From: an uncultured bacterium
Lineage (GTDB): Bacteria; Pseudomonadota; Gammaproteobacteria; GCA-001735895
DNA: 47,261 nucleotides
Direction of reading: 5' to 3'
Assembly (NCBI GenBank): GCA_965370015.1
Contig: CBDUSZ010000002.1
Location: 1-47,261, forward strand
In this document: positions 1 through 10,116 of the stretch, in pieces
Numbering within the stretch: position 1 is the stretch's first letter
How the letters are laid out: the number at the start of each line of letters is the position of its first letter
Notes under the pieces: model-generated
Databases searched by the model: none
What the model saw: only the letters and a program-made list of their open reading frames with translations
Told to the model about the DNA's origin: nothing
Made by a program: the position numbers and the translations under genes

Positions 1-66
1 GAAATGGACCCTGACTGGTTGACCGGGTTGCTGGAGGAGCGATCTAAACAACAGGTGTCTACATAA
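1..66 (+). CDS. 3' end of an unidentified CDS entering from upstream of the window (...EMDPDWLTGLLEERSKQQVST*)
   Basis: Frame +1 is open from base 1 to TAA at 64-66. Only 21 codons are visible, so no family can be assigned. Confidence 0.2.
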   Translation, partial: EMDPDWLTGLLEERSKQQVST

Positions 67-237
67 CGCTCCGGCAAAGCTAAAGCTGCGTCGAGCTCTT
101 AGCGCCAAAGGATTAAGAATTTCGGAAAATTCATACGATTGTAATACGGTTAAAACTTTGCATTTACCGGTTCGTTTGCAGGCCAACCGGCTTTCCTGTC
201 AATGGCGCCTGACTTTTGCGTCGCGGCCAGACCCAGG

Positions 238-1449
238 TTAATTTTTATTGCCAAAATTAGTTTGTCTCAAGATGCCGCTATATATCTCACTGTCACCAAC
301 CACTCCGACGAGTTTATCGGAATCTACCAACAGTACTGGCCAGCCCGTGTGGTGACGGATTTCTATATTCCAGCGCATCTTCATGTGAGACGGAGCAATT
401 ACCAGAACATCATCTCCAAGGTCTTCTACCTTCGTTTCGCTATCACAGTTTTCAATTCGAATTGGCTGTCCATCGAAGCTGGCAGTAACAGGTTTATCAT
501 CGCTATCTAGAGTTACCCGGATGTGGCCCTTGTTATCCAGTATGACATCTTTGCCATCACGCCTGAGATCTGCCAGCGGGGTCATGAAAGAAGCCCCCTG
601 GAGCACATTCAATGGATTCATGTGGGCAACAAAATCGGCGACATATTCGTTAGATGGGTTTAGCACGATATCTTCCGGCTCCCCATATTGGACGATGTGG
701 CCTCCATCCATGATAGCGATATGGTTACCAATTTTCAGTGCTTCATCGAGATCATGGCTGACGAAAATAATAGTTTTTTTCAGTTCACGCTGTAAATCCA
801 GTAGGAAATCCTGCAAGTGATTGCGGATTAGCGGGTCAAGCGCAGAAAACGGCTCATCCATTAACAGAATATCTGCATCCGTGGCAAAGGCACGGGCAAG
901 GCCCACTCGTTGCTGCATGCCACCCGATAACTCGTGTGGGTACTTGTCCTTCCACTGGAATAGATCAACCAGTTCAAGCTTTTCATCGACAATGGGTTCC
1001 CGATCCTGCTTGTTCATACCCTTTAATTCCAGACCCAGGCCTACATTTTCTTCCACCGTCCGCCAGGGCAACAAGGCAAATTGTTGAAACACCATGGCAA
1101 TTCGACTCATGCGCATGTCGCGCAGTGTAGTGGCATCACAATTAGCTATATCCACCTGCCCGCCTTGATGGCTGACCAGTACTTGACCTCTAGTCACTTT
1201 ATTCAGGCCATTGACCGCGCGCAGCAATGTAGACTTGCCAGAACCGGATAGCCCCATGAGCACGCAAATCTCCCCTTCATGAATATCGATACTGGCGTTT
1301 GCCACGCCGAGGACAGCATCGGTTTGTTCCAGAATAGTCTCGCGGGTACCACCAGCATCCAACAATTCAATCGCGCGTGCTCGCGCTTCGCCAAAGATAA
1401 TATCTACTTTCTTAAAAGAAATAGCTACCGGGCTTTTTGTCTCAGGCAT
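238..1449 (-). CDS. proV: Glycine betaine/proline-type ABC transporter ATP-binding protein (ProV/OpuAA-like, with a C-terminal CBS-type regulatory region)
   Basis: 403-aa ORF. Walker A GLSGSGKST, ABC signature LSGGMQQRVGLARA, Walker B ILLMDEPFSALD. The ~130-aa C-terminal extension is typical of ProV/OpuAA. It starts 2 nt after the permease gene ends. Confidence 0.9.
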   Translation of the reverse strand: MPETKSPVAISFKKVDIIFGEARARAIELLDAGGTRETILEQTDAVLGVANASIDIHEGEICVLMGLSGSGKSTLLRAVNGLNKVTRGQVLVSHQGGQVDIANCDATTLRDMRMSRIAMVFQQFALLPWRTVEENVGLGLELKGMNKQDREPIVDEKLELVDLFQWKDKYPHELSGGMQQRVGLARAFATDADILLMDEPFSALDPLIRNHLQDFLLDLQRELKKTIIFVSHDLDEALKIGNHIAIMDGGHIVQYGEPEDIVLNPSNEYVADFVAHMNPLNVLQGASFMTPLADLRRDGKDVILDNKGHIRVTLDSDDKPVTASFDGQPIRIENCDSETKVEDLGDDVLVIAPSHMKMRWNIEIRHHTGWPVLLVDSDKLVGVVGDSEIYSGILRQTNFGNKN

Positions 1450-1451
1450 GA

Positions 1452-2333
1452 TTATTTCTTTTTCTCCTTTCTTTTTTCCGGCAATTTACAAACCCGATCC
1501 ATGATGATGGCCACGATTACAATTGCGATGCCCGCCTCAAAACCCTTGGCCGGATTGACCTGGTTGATAGCCCGAAGGATCGGAATACCAAGACCCGGTG
1601 CAGCCACCATGGAAGCGATTACCACCATAGATAGCGACAACATAATAGTTTGTGTCAATCCCGCCATGATATTCGGAATCGCTGAAGGAATTTCAACTTT
1701 CCATAACAGCTGTTTTTTCGTCGCCCCAAAGCTTTCTGCCGCCTCGATTAAAGCCTCAGGCGTGGAAGACACACCTAAATAAGTCAACCGAATGGGTGCT
1801 GGTACCACAAAGATTACCGTCGCTACTACACCCGGTACCGGGCCAAGTCCAAACAGGGTAAGTGCCGGTATCAGATACACAAACGTTGGAATGGTCTGCA
1901 TCATGTCTAGAATGGGGCGGATAGACATCCAGAGTTTCGGTCGGTGTGCCGCGGCGATACCGATCGGAACGCCGATGGAGACACAAAGCAACGTCGCCCA
2001 AATCACTAACGACAGGGTTTCCATGGTATCTTCCCAGTATCCCAGATTGATAATCAACATCAGCGATACAACGATGAATAGCGATATTTTCCAGGATCGA
2101 TGTAACCAGTAGGCCGCCCCTGCCATCAATGCGATCATTGCCAGCGCCGGGATCGAAAGCAACGCAGCTGATGTCCAGTCAAATACCGTTTCCAGTGCGA
2201 TAGTGAACCCGTCAAACAGCCAGAAAAGATATTCATTTAAAAAATCAACGAAGTCAGCGAGTAATCTGCCGATCGGTATTTTGTTACTTTCCAGCCATTC
2301 CATTTTGTTAACCTCAATGTAATGCGATTGCAA
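1452..2333 (-). CDS. proW: Glycine betaine/proline-type ABC transporter permease (ProW/OpuAB-like)
   Basis: 293-aa polytopic membrane ORF between the binding-protein and ATPase genes. The EAA-like loop region (EAAESFGATKKQLLWKVEIP) is typical of BPD-type permeases. Confidence 0.88.
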   Translation of the reverse strand: MQSHYIEVNKMEWLESNKIPIGRLLADFVDFLNEYLFWLFDGFTIALETVFDWTSAALLSIPALAMIALMAGAAYWLHRSWKISLFIVVSLMLIINLGYWEDTMETLSLVIWATLLCVSIGVPIGIAAAHRPKLWMSIRPILDMMQTIPTFVYLIPALTLFGLGPVPGVVATVIFVVPAPIRLTYLGVSSTPEALIEAAESFGATKKQLLWKVEIPSAIPNIMAGLTQTIMLSLSMVVIASMVAAPGLGIPILRAINQVNPAKGFEAGIAIVIVAIIMDRVCKLPEKRKEKKK

Positions 2334-2406
2334 TAGGCGTCTATTACCGACAAACCAGATAGAGCGGCTTTAATCAGGCCGCTCTATCTGTTTATTACCA
2401 GGGATC

Positions 2407-3369
2407 TTACTTATTCAAGCGGGCTTTGACTGCAGCCACTGCATTACCTCCACTCATTGTAGTAACGCCATTTAGCCAGCCATCGAGAACACCCACATTG
2501 GCCTTCAACCAGGCAATAGCTGCGTCATCAGGTTCCTGACCATCGTCGAGAATAGCACCCATGATTTCGTTTTCCATCGCCAGACTAAACTGCAAGTTGG
2601 TAAGCAACTTGCCTATATTCGGGCATTCGCCTGAAAAACCTTTGCGTGTATTGGTATAAACATCCGCACCGCCATAATTCGGACCGAAGAAATCATCGCC
2701 CCCTGACAAGTAGGTCAGATCAAAATTAGCATTCATCGGGTGTGGAGCCCAACCCAGGAACACCACCATCTTACCGCGTTTCTCGGCGCGAGACACTTGA
2801 GACAGCATACCCTGTTCAGAGCTTTCAACAACATCAAAACCTTTCAGTCCAAAGGCATTGCTGGCAATCATGTCCAGGATGATGCGGTTGCCATCATTAC
2901 CCGGCTCGATGCCATAAATTTCTCCATCCAGTTCATCCTTAAATTTTGCAATATCGGCAAAATCTTTGAGGCCAGCATCAGCCGCTTTTTTATTTACCGC
3001 CAGGGTATATTTAGCTCCTGTCAAATTGGCAGGCTGTACAACTTCTACTGTACCTGCATCCCGATAAGGTCCAAGGTCGCCTTCCATGGTTGGCATCCAG
3101 TTACCCAGGAAGACATCAATGTCACCTGTCTCCAGGCTTTTATAAGTCACCGGAACTGACAGCACTTTAACGTCCGGGCTATAACCCAGTCCTTCCAGCA
3201 CCACACTGGTTGCTGCAGTAGTTGCAGTAATATCCGTCCAGCCTACATCGGACAAATTAACAACCTTACAGCTTGCCGGATCTCCCGACATAGCAGTGCC
3301 AGTTAAGGCTAAAAATACGGCTCCTGTAAGGACCGTGCGAAAAATTATTTTATTTACCATGGTTTTCAT
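2407..3369 (-). CDS. proX: Periplasmic glycine betaine/choline-type substrate-binding protein (OpuAC family)
   Basis: 320-aa ORF with a signal peptide (…FLALTGTAMSG). Conserved blocks VGWTDITATT, DVFLGNWMPT, IYGIEPGNDGN, FLGWAPHPMN and YLSGGDDFFGPNYGG are recalled from OpuAC-family betaine/choline binders. It is the first gene of an X-W-V operon. Confidence 0.85.
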   Translation of the reverse strand: MKTMVNKIIFRTVLTGAVFLALTGTAMSGDPASCKVVNLSDVGWTDITATTAATSVVLEGLGYSPDVKVLSVPVTYKSLETGDIDVFLGNWMPTMEGDLGPYRDAGTVEVVQPANLTGAKYTLAVNKKAADAGLKDFADIAKFKDELDGEIYGIEPGNDGNRIILDMIASNAFGLKGFDVVESSEQGMLSQVSRAEKRGKMVVFLGWAPHPMNANFDLTYLSGGDDFFGPNYGGADVYTNTRKGFSGECPNIGKLLTNLQFSLAMENEIMGAILDDGQEPDDAAIAWLKANVGVLDGWLNGVTTMSGGNAVAAVKARLNK

Positions 3370-3672
3370 CTCCAGGAAGGTTAAATATTTATTAGGGAAG
3401 CAGCCAGGAATTTTATTTTGCCGCTATTCAACCACCATGGCGAATTCACGACCAATATATATCCGAATGCGGCTGATAAATTAATGAAAAAATCCATGAA
3501 TAGCAAGCTAACTCTGCAGAGCTTGCACGAATCGAAGAAATATATATTTCGGATATCGTGTTATCACCGAACTAGTAGTGAAGCGAGAGCTCTGACATCA
3601 TCGAATTTGAACCAATAATTGCCGTAAAAACACCAGTCTGAATGCACAAAACTGCTATCCAGTCTGTAGCGG

Positions 3673-4404
3673 TTACCAGTCGATCAACTGGCGCTGTCGA
3701 TAAAAACCACCGCTTAGGTCGGCATCTGCCAGGGTCGCAAGCCAGACGGTAGTATCTACACCCTGCTCAGGTGAGAGAACAGCATTAGACCCACCCATAT
3801 CGGTTCGCACCCAGCCTGGGCAGACCGCATTAATCGCGATACCACTACCGTCGAGTTCGGCGGCAAATATTGCTGTCACCGCGTTCAAAGCGGTTTTGGA
3901 AATTCGATAACCCGGATTTTGACCGCCCATATCGGACAACTGGCCCATACCCGAAGAAATATTAACGATCCGACCATAACCGGCCTGCTGCATCAACGGT
4001 AATAAAGCCTTGATCAGCATCATTGGTGCGATGGTATTCACTTCAAGAGATTTTCTAATAACCTCAACATCCGCATCGCAGATATCAGCCGGGCTATTGC
4101 TACCACCATCAATCATGATACCCGCATTATTAATGAGTACGTCTACCCTGCCGTGGGTGTTTCGAAGGTAACTGGCCAGCGCTTCGATATCAGATTGTGA
4201 TGTCATTTCAAGTTTTACCGCCTCGACCGAATGACTTTGGCGGCACAAGGCCCTGGCTGCCAATTTTCCAGATTTCAGATCTCGACTCGCGAGCAATACG
4301 TGGAATCCTTTTTCGGCAAGCGCCTGGCAAGTCGCCAACCCCATACCTCGATTGCCCCCGGTAACCACCGCAACAGGTTTCTGGTTCATCAATTTTTCCT
4401 GCAA
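3673..4404 (-). CDS. Short-chain dehydrogenase/reductase (SDR) family oxidoreductase
   Basis: 243-aa ORF. N-terminal Rossmann motif VTGGNRGMGLA, NNAG motif, and a catalytic S…YxxxK (YRISK). Confidence 0.85.
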   Translation of the reverse strand: MQEKLMNQKPVAVVTGGNRGMGLATCQALAEKGFHVLLASRDLKSGKLAARALCRQSHSVEAVKLEMTSQSDIEALASYLRNTHGRVDVLINNAGIMIDGGSNSPADICDADVEVIRKSLEVNTIAPMMLIKALLPLMQQAGYGRIVNISSGMGQLSDMGGQNPGYRISKTALNAVTAIFAAELDGSGIAINAVCPGWVRTDMGGSNAVLSPEQGVDTTVWLATLADADLSGGFYRQRQLIDW

Positions 4405-4581
4405 TTGTCTTATTTCCCACAGTATACTCGATTCATCTGGAAGTTCTCCCAGGGGCTTGTCGAACCTGGGATGGGCTAAGCTAGTGCTATTTTGTCCACG
4501 GCCGGTTTGGAAATACCCGCCTCAGGACAACAAATTGCGCGCAGCACCCAACCCGAAAAATGACGAACGAGGGTCAAAGTA

Positions 4582-5898
4582 GTGAAAGAAAACAGCTATA
4601 AAGCTATTAACGATGAGTCCTGTGGTTGGCAACACACGACGACTGGGGCACCATCATTTCCGCGCCTCGAAGACGATATACACGCTGACTGGGTAATAGT
4701 TGGCGCAGGATTTACCGGTATCGCAGCTGCCTATCGTATCGCCGAACTACATCCAGGCGATTCAATTATTTTACTCGATGCGGAATTGGCCGGTAAAGGT
4801 GCCAGTTCGAGAAACTCCGGATATATCGTCGATATTACGATGAACGATGGTGGTTCAAACCAGGCCGATGATCAAACCCAATTAGCCAAATCAAAATTGA
4901 ACCTGGCCGGGCTTCATTTACTGCGAACCCGCGTTAAACAATACGGTATCAATTGCGACTGGGATGAATCGGGGAAATTTCATTGCGCGGCGAGTAGTCG
5001 CAATATCCCAAAGCTACATGCTTTTGAAAAACTGCTCAGCCAATCCGGTCTACCCTACAAGGTCTGGCACAAAGACTCATTAAGCCAGCGACTTGGCACC
5101 ACATATTATCAACAGGCTATCCAGACCATGTCTGGTGTGCTGGTAAACCCCGCGGCGCTGGTAAATGGTTTATTAGAAAATCTGCCACCTACTGTGCATT
5201 TGTATGAATACTCTGCGGTTCTGGATATACAACACACCAGGAGTATTCGTTTAACCACGGCGAGTGCTACAGTAACAGCGGATAGAGCCATTATTGCGGT
5301 AAATGCCTTAATGCCGAAACTTGGCCTTAAACGTAACCGCGTATTTCCACTCACCCTCACCGCCAGCCTGACGCGGCAATTGAAGCAGCAGGAATTTGAC
5401 ACTATAGGCCAGCCAGATCCCTGGGGAGTGTTATCAGTCAGTTCGATGGGGGCGACGGTACGCCTCACTAATGATCACAGGATTTTGGTACGCAATACGG
5501 TTGAATGGTGGCCTAAATTAACCATGGATAATGACGAACTGGCAAGCAGGCGCGAAAAAAACCAGCTTGGGCTGAGGAAAAGATTTCCGCAATTAACCCA
5601 ACTCGAATTTGAGTACACCTGGTCGGGTAACGTTTGTATTAGCCGAAATTCAAAACCGGTGTTCGAAAAAAATGGAGACAATTTATTTTTAGCCGGTTGC
5701 TATAACGCCGGAGGTATCGCAATGGGCAGTTTGTTTGGAAAGCTGATTGTCGACTATGCACTCGACCAGCAGTCAGAAGAATTGACACAGGTGCTCAATC
5801 AGAAAAAACCCAACATCATTCCCCCTCGCCCATTTCTCGACCTGGGGTTGCAGGCCAGGCTTGCAGTAAACCGCTACCAGGGGCGGTTCGAAGCCTAG
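4582..5898 (+). CDS. FAD-dependent oxidoreductase (DAO/amine-oxidase-like family)
   Basis: 438-aa ORF with a GTG start. Dinucleotide-binding motif VIVGAGFTGIAAA. Length and layout resemble PuuB/DadA-type flavoenzymes. Substrate is not inferable. Confidence 0.75.
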   Translation: MKENSYKAINDESCGWQHTTTGAPSFPRLEDDIHADWVIVGAGFTGIAAAYRIAELHPGDSIILLDAELAGKGASSRNSGYIVDITMNDGGSNQADDQTQLAKSKLNLAGLHLLRTRVKQYGINCDWDESGKFHCAASSRNIPKLHAFEKLLSQSGLPYKVWHKDSLSQRLGTTYYQQAIQTMSGVLVNPAALVNGLLENLPPTVHLYEYSAVLDIQHTRSIRLTTASATVTADRAIIAVNALMPKLGLKRNRVFPLTLTASLTRQLKQQEFDTIGQPDPWGVLSVSSMGATVRLTNDHRILVRNTVEWWPKLTMDNDELASRREKNQLGLRKRFPQLTQLEFEYTWSGNVCISRNSKPVFEKNGDNLFLAGCYNAGGIAMGSLFGKLIVDYALDQQSEELTQVLNQKKPNIIPPRPFLDLGLQARLAVNRYQGRFEA

Positions 5899-5987
5899 GC
5901 GACTCACTGCTATCGAGTGATGGATCGCTTAATTAACTTCTAATTGACACCTGGTTAAAAATTCGAAAACTGAATTGGTGATCGCGG

Positions 5988-7193
5988 CTACCGGATCGTA
6001 CCCGGAAATGCCCCCAGGCTGGTGAGAGTGCTGAGTAATTGAGTACACATCACGCTATCGACCATCCCTGCATAGCGACTCTCTGCATTGACAATGAGGT
6101 TTTTTGCCACCTCAAGCCTACTTGCCTGCATCGCAAAATCAGCATAAAAAATAGTTTTCGAGACATCCGGTAAAACAAATTGCGGGCTGATTTTCTGGCA
6201 TTTTTCAATATAAGCCAGGGCTCGACCATGACGCCTGTCCTGGTCTAACAGGTCAATGATCAGTCGACCCATGCACAGCAGGGTTCTGGAGGGGCCCCAT
6301 TCATTGATACGTTCATACAGGGCTTCATAATCGTGTATAGAGCAGTCATATTTATCTAGCAATGATGCGATCGCCTCGCTATCGCGATGGGTTGTTACTA
6401 ATCTATACAGGGCTCCCATGTATTTGTCGTGTGCCCTGGCGACATTTCGTTGTGCCTGTTGTTGATCGAGTTGTTTTCTACCCCGAATCGATCTCGCATG
6501 AGACGCACCGAATTGTTGTTCATTTTTCATCTCCTCTATTTCATCCGCCAGCGCTTCGCTGGTTTCTTCGCGGCGCTCTTTCAACCACAGGTAACCATAC
6601 AAATATCCTGCAACACCTCCCGCCACATGAGCAACTACATTAATACCGCCATAATAATCCGCGCTCAACAGTGTCCAGGTATCCAGACCGATATAGATTA
6701 CCGCTAATACCCAGGCAGGCACGTAAAATGTTTTCCAAAAAACAATATACCACCAGAATACGCGGATTCGAGCCCGCGGCATCAAATACGCAGCCAGACC
6801 CATCATCCCGGTTACAACACCGGAGAAGCCAAGCGTGGGAATCGCATCCGAGTCGCCAATTAAAATGGAAATTGAGTAACTGATCCCAACCACAAAGGAA
6901 ATGAATAGCATGATCCAGATGTATCGAAGTTTATTGCCCACTAATAGCTCTAACGCGGGTGCAAACGCGAGAAAGAAAATAATATTACCCGCCAGATGCA
7001 TCAAATCACCATGAATCAATGCGGAAGAAATCATCTTCAATGGATTCCAGGAATCCGGGTAATACATCAGACTTTCAGTGATTGAAAAAGTCATTTGGAA
7101 ATAAAATATGATGCAGCACAGTAGAGTGACGAAGTAAGTAACTATCGGAGGTCTGGCCAGTGTAAGTGCAGTACTATAGGGGATAATAATCAT
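5988..7193 (-). CDS. Rhomboid-family intramembrane serine protease with a ~190-aa soluble C-terminal extension
   Basis: 401-aa ORF. Multi-TM N-terminal half with rhomboid motifs HGDLMHLAGN, catalytic GFSGVVTG and a downstream HVAGGVAGYLYG. The C-terminal half is charged and helical. Confidence 0.8.
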   Translation of the reverse strand: MIIIPYSTALTLARPPIVTYFVTLLCCIIFYFQMTFSITESLMYYPDSWNPLKMISSALIHGDLMHLAGNIIFFLAFAPALELLVGNKLRYIWIMLFISFVVGISYSISILIGDSDAIPTLGFSGVVTGMMGLAAYLMPRARIRVFWWYIVFWKTFYVPAWVLAVIYIGLDTWTLLSADYYGGINVVAHVAGGVAGYLYGYLWLKERREETSEALADEIEEMKNEQQFGASHARSIRGRKQLDQQQAQRNVARAHDKYMGALYRLVTTHRDSEAIASLLDKYDCSIHDYEALYERINEWGPSRTLLCMGRLIIDLLDQDRRHGRALAYIEKCQKISPQFVLPDVSKTIFYADFAMQASRLEVAKNLIVNAESRYAGMVDSVMCTQLLSTLTSLGAFPGTIR

Positions 7194-7309
7194 GGCTGGT
7201 TCTGCGTGAGCACGATTTTAATTATATTGCCTTCTGTCTTCATTAATCACTTCAGCCGTGTTTGTGTGGGATCATAGCGCAGCATTTATATATCAGGAAC
7301 TCAAACGAT

Positions 7310-7642
7310 ATGAGCAATTACCTCTGGTTCTTTGTAGCAGCATTATTTGAAATTGCAGGATGTTATAGCTTCTGGGCATGGCTTCGCCTGGGGAAAAGTA
7401 TTTACTGGCTAATTCCTGGAATTATTAGCCTGGCATTGTTTGCATTTATTCTTACAAAAGTTGATTTACAATTCGCCGGCAGATCGTATGCGGCTTACGG
7501 CGGCGTTTATATTGTATTATCGCTGGTATGGCTGGCCTTTATCGAGCGCAGCCGTCCATTACTATCTGACTATATCGGTGCCTTAGTTTGTTTAATTGGG
7601 GCAACAATAATTTTGTTTGGTCCTCGTTTATTAACTAGCTGA
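7310..7642 (+). CDS. ynfA: YnfA-family small membrane protein (UPF0060)
   Basis: Strong resemblance to E. coli YnfA (…[20 protein letters not shown]…YAAYGGVYI…). I prefer the ATG at 7310 (110 aa) to the ORF-track start at 7262, which adds 16 non-conserved residues. Confidence 0.8.
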   Translation: MSNYLWFFVAALFEIAGCYSFWAWLRLGKSIYWLIPGIISLALFAFILTKVDLQFAGRSYAAYGGVYIVLSLVWLAFIERSRPLLSDYIGALVCLIGATIILFGPRLLTS

Positions 7643-7800
7643 ATACGGGTGTTAATATCACTACCATGTTCCTAATAACATGGAGCGTATCTTTTTTTAA
7701 ATTTCGGCCGAAATTAAAGAACCAAATCGACCTGAATATGCTATAGATAAGGCTAACTCGAAACAAAAAGCATTAACCCGATTACCTTACAGGCCCCTCA

Positions 7801-10116
7801 TTGGATCAGCATCGCAGACTATATTTTTCTTTATTCATCATTCTTTGTTTTTTGGTCGCCTTATTGTCGTCTCAAAATTCCAGTGTGCGCTGGCTGGATG
7901 CACAGATGTTCAGTCTTGCCAGTAATTTGCTACCTGCGCAAACCACTACAAATAAATTTCGCGTTGTACAACTGGATGAGTCCCAACTGCAAAAACCAGA
8001 AGGCATACGCAAACTGCGCTCTTTGCTACGAAAGCTAAAAAAGTCTAAGGCGGCAGAAATTGTCTGGCTGAGTGACGATTTCCCACAAATGGACTATGAG
8101 CAAGCTGGCAATACTAATAAGTGGAAATCGACCCAGGGTGAACGCAATAAGCTGGCCTGGATGCTAGAAAATCAGCAAGTGTTTTTAACCCAATATACCA
8201 ACACACCAAAACAACAGAAGAATATCCCTTATAGCGAAACGCTCATTTATCAAGACGGCTGGCGCCAGTATATTCCAGCAATGTTTTTACCCCGGGTACA
8301 GACATTCAGAGTGACCAATACGAAAACCCCTTATCGGGTCTATCCTTTTAATCCCAATGCCTCGGATGAACAGGCATTAATCTGGTATGACGATGCGAGA
8401 AACCTGTCGTTACCAGATTTAAGCCTGGCGGCCTTTAGTCGCTATAAAAAAAGCCGCAATTTACACTGGGGTGAAGATGGAAAAATTGATCTGGGGAAAA
8501 CCCAGGTTTCTGCAAGCCTGGCAGGTAAAGTATTTAATTATTTTTCGAATTTAACCGGGCGCCACACCAGAATTAACGCGCTGTCGCTTAAAGATGCCAC
8601 AAACAAGTCGGATTCCTATTACAGAAATAAACTTGTTTTAATCGGTCAGGATATCGGGCGCCTACAGATACTGGCCGATTCACTGAGCAGCCTGGTGGCG
8701 AATGCGACCTATCATACACCCACGCTGAGCTGGTGGTTGTTGCCATTGTTATTAGCAATAGTGGTTGTTTATCTGTTGTGGTTATTGCCATCACTGTCCA
8801 GCCATAGTGGCCTGTTTTTAGGCGCCTTTTTGATTTTAGGCATCATCTCGGCACAACCTGTATTGCTGATACTACAGGGTATTTGGTGGCCGTCTACCAA
8901 CTTGCTTTTGCTCATATTTATCGGTCAGGTAGCGGTATATGTATATGTCTCCGGCCAATCGATCTTAGACGATCTGCTGCGTAAGGAACATAATGCCTGG
9001 TACCAACTTGGACATTATCAATTTGAAAGAAACGAATACGAGAGCGCAATCACCAGCTTATTAAAATGTAATGGGGAGGATGGAGCGCTGGCTGATTTAT
9101 ACGAAATCGGTTTAAAGTTTGAACGTAAGCGCCAGTATGATCGCGCATATGAAGTCTATGCAGAAATCAGTAAACGCCGCAAGAATTATAAAGACGTAGA
9201 GAGACGGCTAAAAACCCATGGCGATATCTCGTCAAAACCCGCAAAAACCCTATCACCACCCAAGGGGCAGAAAACGCTATTGATGTCACAGGTCGAAATG
9301 CCTGAATTTGGACGCTATACCATAGAAAAAGAATTAGGCCGCGGAGCGATGGGCGTGGTGTACCTGAGCAAAGACCCGAAAATCAATCGTAAAGTGGCAA
9401 TCAAGACACTCGATTACTCGCAATTTTCGACCTCGGAGTTAAAAGAAGTGAAGGCACGATTCTTTCGCGAAGCCGAAGCCGCGGGGCGACTTAGCCATCA
9501 CAATATCGTCACCGTATACGACATAGGCGAAGAAGCCGATTTTGCTTTTATCGCCATGGATTACGTCACCGGCTTTCCCTTGTCCAAATATATCAAGCCG
9601 GGAAAGTTGCTACCCGTACCCGAGGTTTACCATATCATTCAGGTCGTTGCAGACGCACTGGATTATGCGCACAAGCAAAAGATTGTTCATCGCGATATTA
9701 AACCCAGCAATATCATGTACAACCCGAAAAGCAAACAAATAAAAATCACTGATTTTGGTATTGCGCGGATTACCGACTCGGTTAAAACACGAACAGGTAG
9801 TTTTCTGGGCAGCCCTTCTTACATGGCACCAGAACAAATTACCGGTTCGAGGGTAAATGGCAAAGCCGACATTTATTCACTGGGCGTCAGTTTTTATCAA
9901 CTGCTTACCGGCCAGCTTCCTTTTAATGCCGATAACCTCGGCAACCTGGCCTACAAAATAGCCAACGAAAAACACAAACCAGTAAAAGATTTACGCTCAG
10001 GGCTGCCTGCCAGCGCGACACGAATTATTAATAAGGCGCTGCAAAAAGAGCCAGCAAATCGCTTCGCCAGCGGCGCAGAAATGGCGAAAGCGATCAAGCG
10101 TGAAATGCCGGGATAA
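7801..10116 (+). CDS. Membrane sensor Ser/Thr protein kinase: N-terminal extracytoplasmic domain (CHASE2-like layout), a cluster of TM helices, TPR-like helical linker, C-terminal Hanks-type kinase
   Basis: 771-aa ORF. Kinase motifs GRGAMGVVY, VAIK, HRDIKPSN, DFG and SYMAPE lie in the last ~270 aa. A ~300-aa N-terminal region follows a signal-anchor and precedes 3-4 TM helices (WWLLPLLLAIVVVYLLWLL…). The TTG start is uncertain. Confidence 0.85.
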   Translation: MDQHRRLYFSLFIILCFLVALLSSQNSSVRWLDAQMFSLASNLLPAQTTTNKFRVVQLDESQLQKPEGIRKLRSLLRKLKKSKAAEIVWLSDDFPQMDYEQAGNTNKWKSTQGERNKLAWMLENQQVFLTQYTNTPKQQKNIPYSETLIYQDGWRQYIPAMFLPRVQTFRVTNTKTPYRVYPFNPNASDEQALIWYDDARNLSLPDLSLAAFSRYKKSRNLHWGEDGKIDLGKTQVSASLAGKVFNYFSNLTGRHTRINALSLKDATNKSDSYYRNKLVLIGQDIGRLQILADSLSSLVANATYHTPTLSWWLLPLLLAIVVVYLLWLLPSLSSHSGLFLGAFLILGIISAQPVLLILQGIWWPSTNLLLLIFIGQVAVYVYVSGQSILDDLLRKEHNAWYQLGHYQFERNEYESAITSLLKCNGEDGALADLYEIGLKFERKRQYDRAYEVYAEISKRRKNYKDVERRLKTHGDISSKPAKTLSPPKGQKTLLMSQVEMPEFGRYTIEKELGRGAMGVVYLSKDPKINRKVAIKTLDYSQFSTSELKEVKARFFREAEAAGRLSHHNIVTVYDIGEEADFAFIAMDYVTGFPLSKYIKPGKLLPVPEVYHIIQVVADALDYAHKQKIVHRDIKPSNIMYNPKSKQIKITDFGIARITDSVKTRTGSFLGSPSYMAPEQITGSRVNGKADIYSLGVSFYQLLTGQLPFNADNLGNLAYKIANEKHKPVKDLRSGLPASATRIINKALQKEPANRFASGAEMAKAIKREMPG

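Noticed and set aside
202-1782. Series of plus-strand ORFs (202-510, 521-820, 821-1087, 936-1130, 1279-1782) opposite proV and proW
   Set aside because: These are shadow frames of strongly supported ABC transporter genes.
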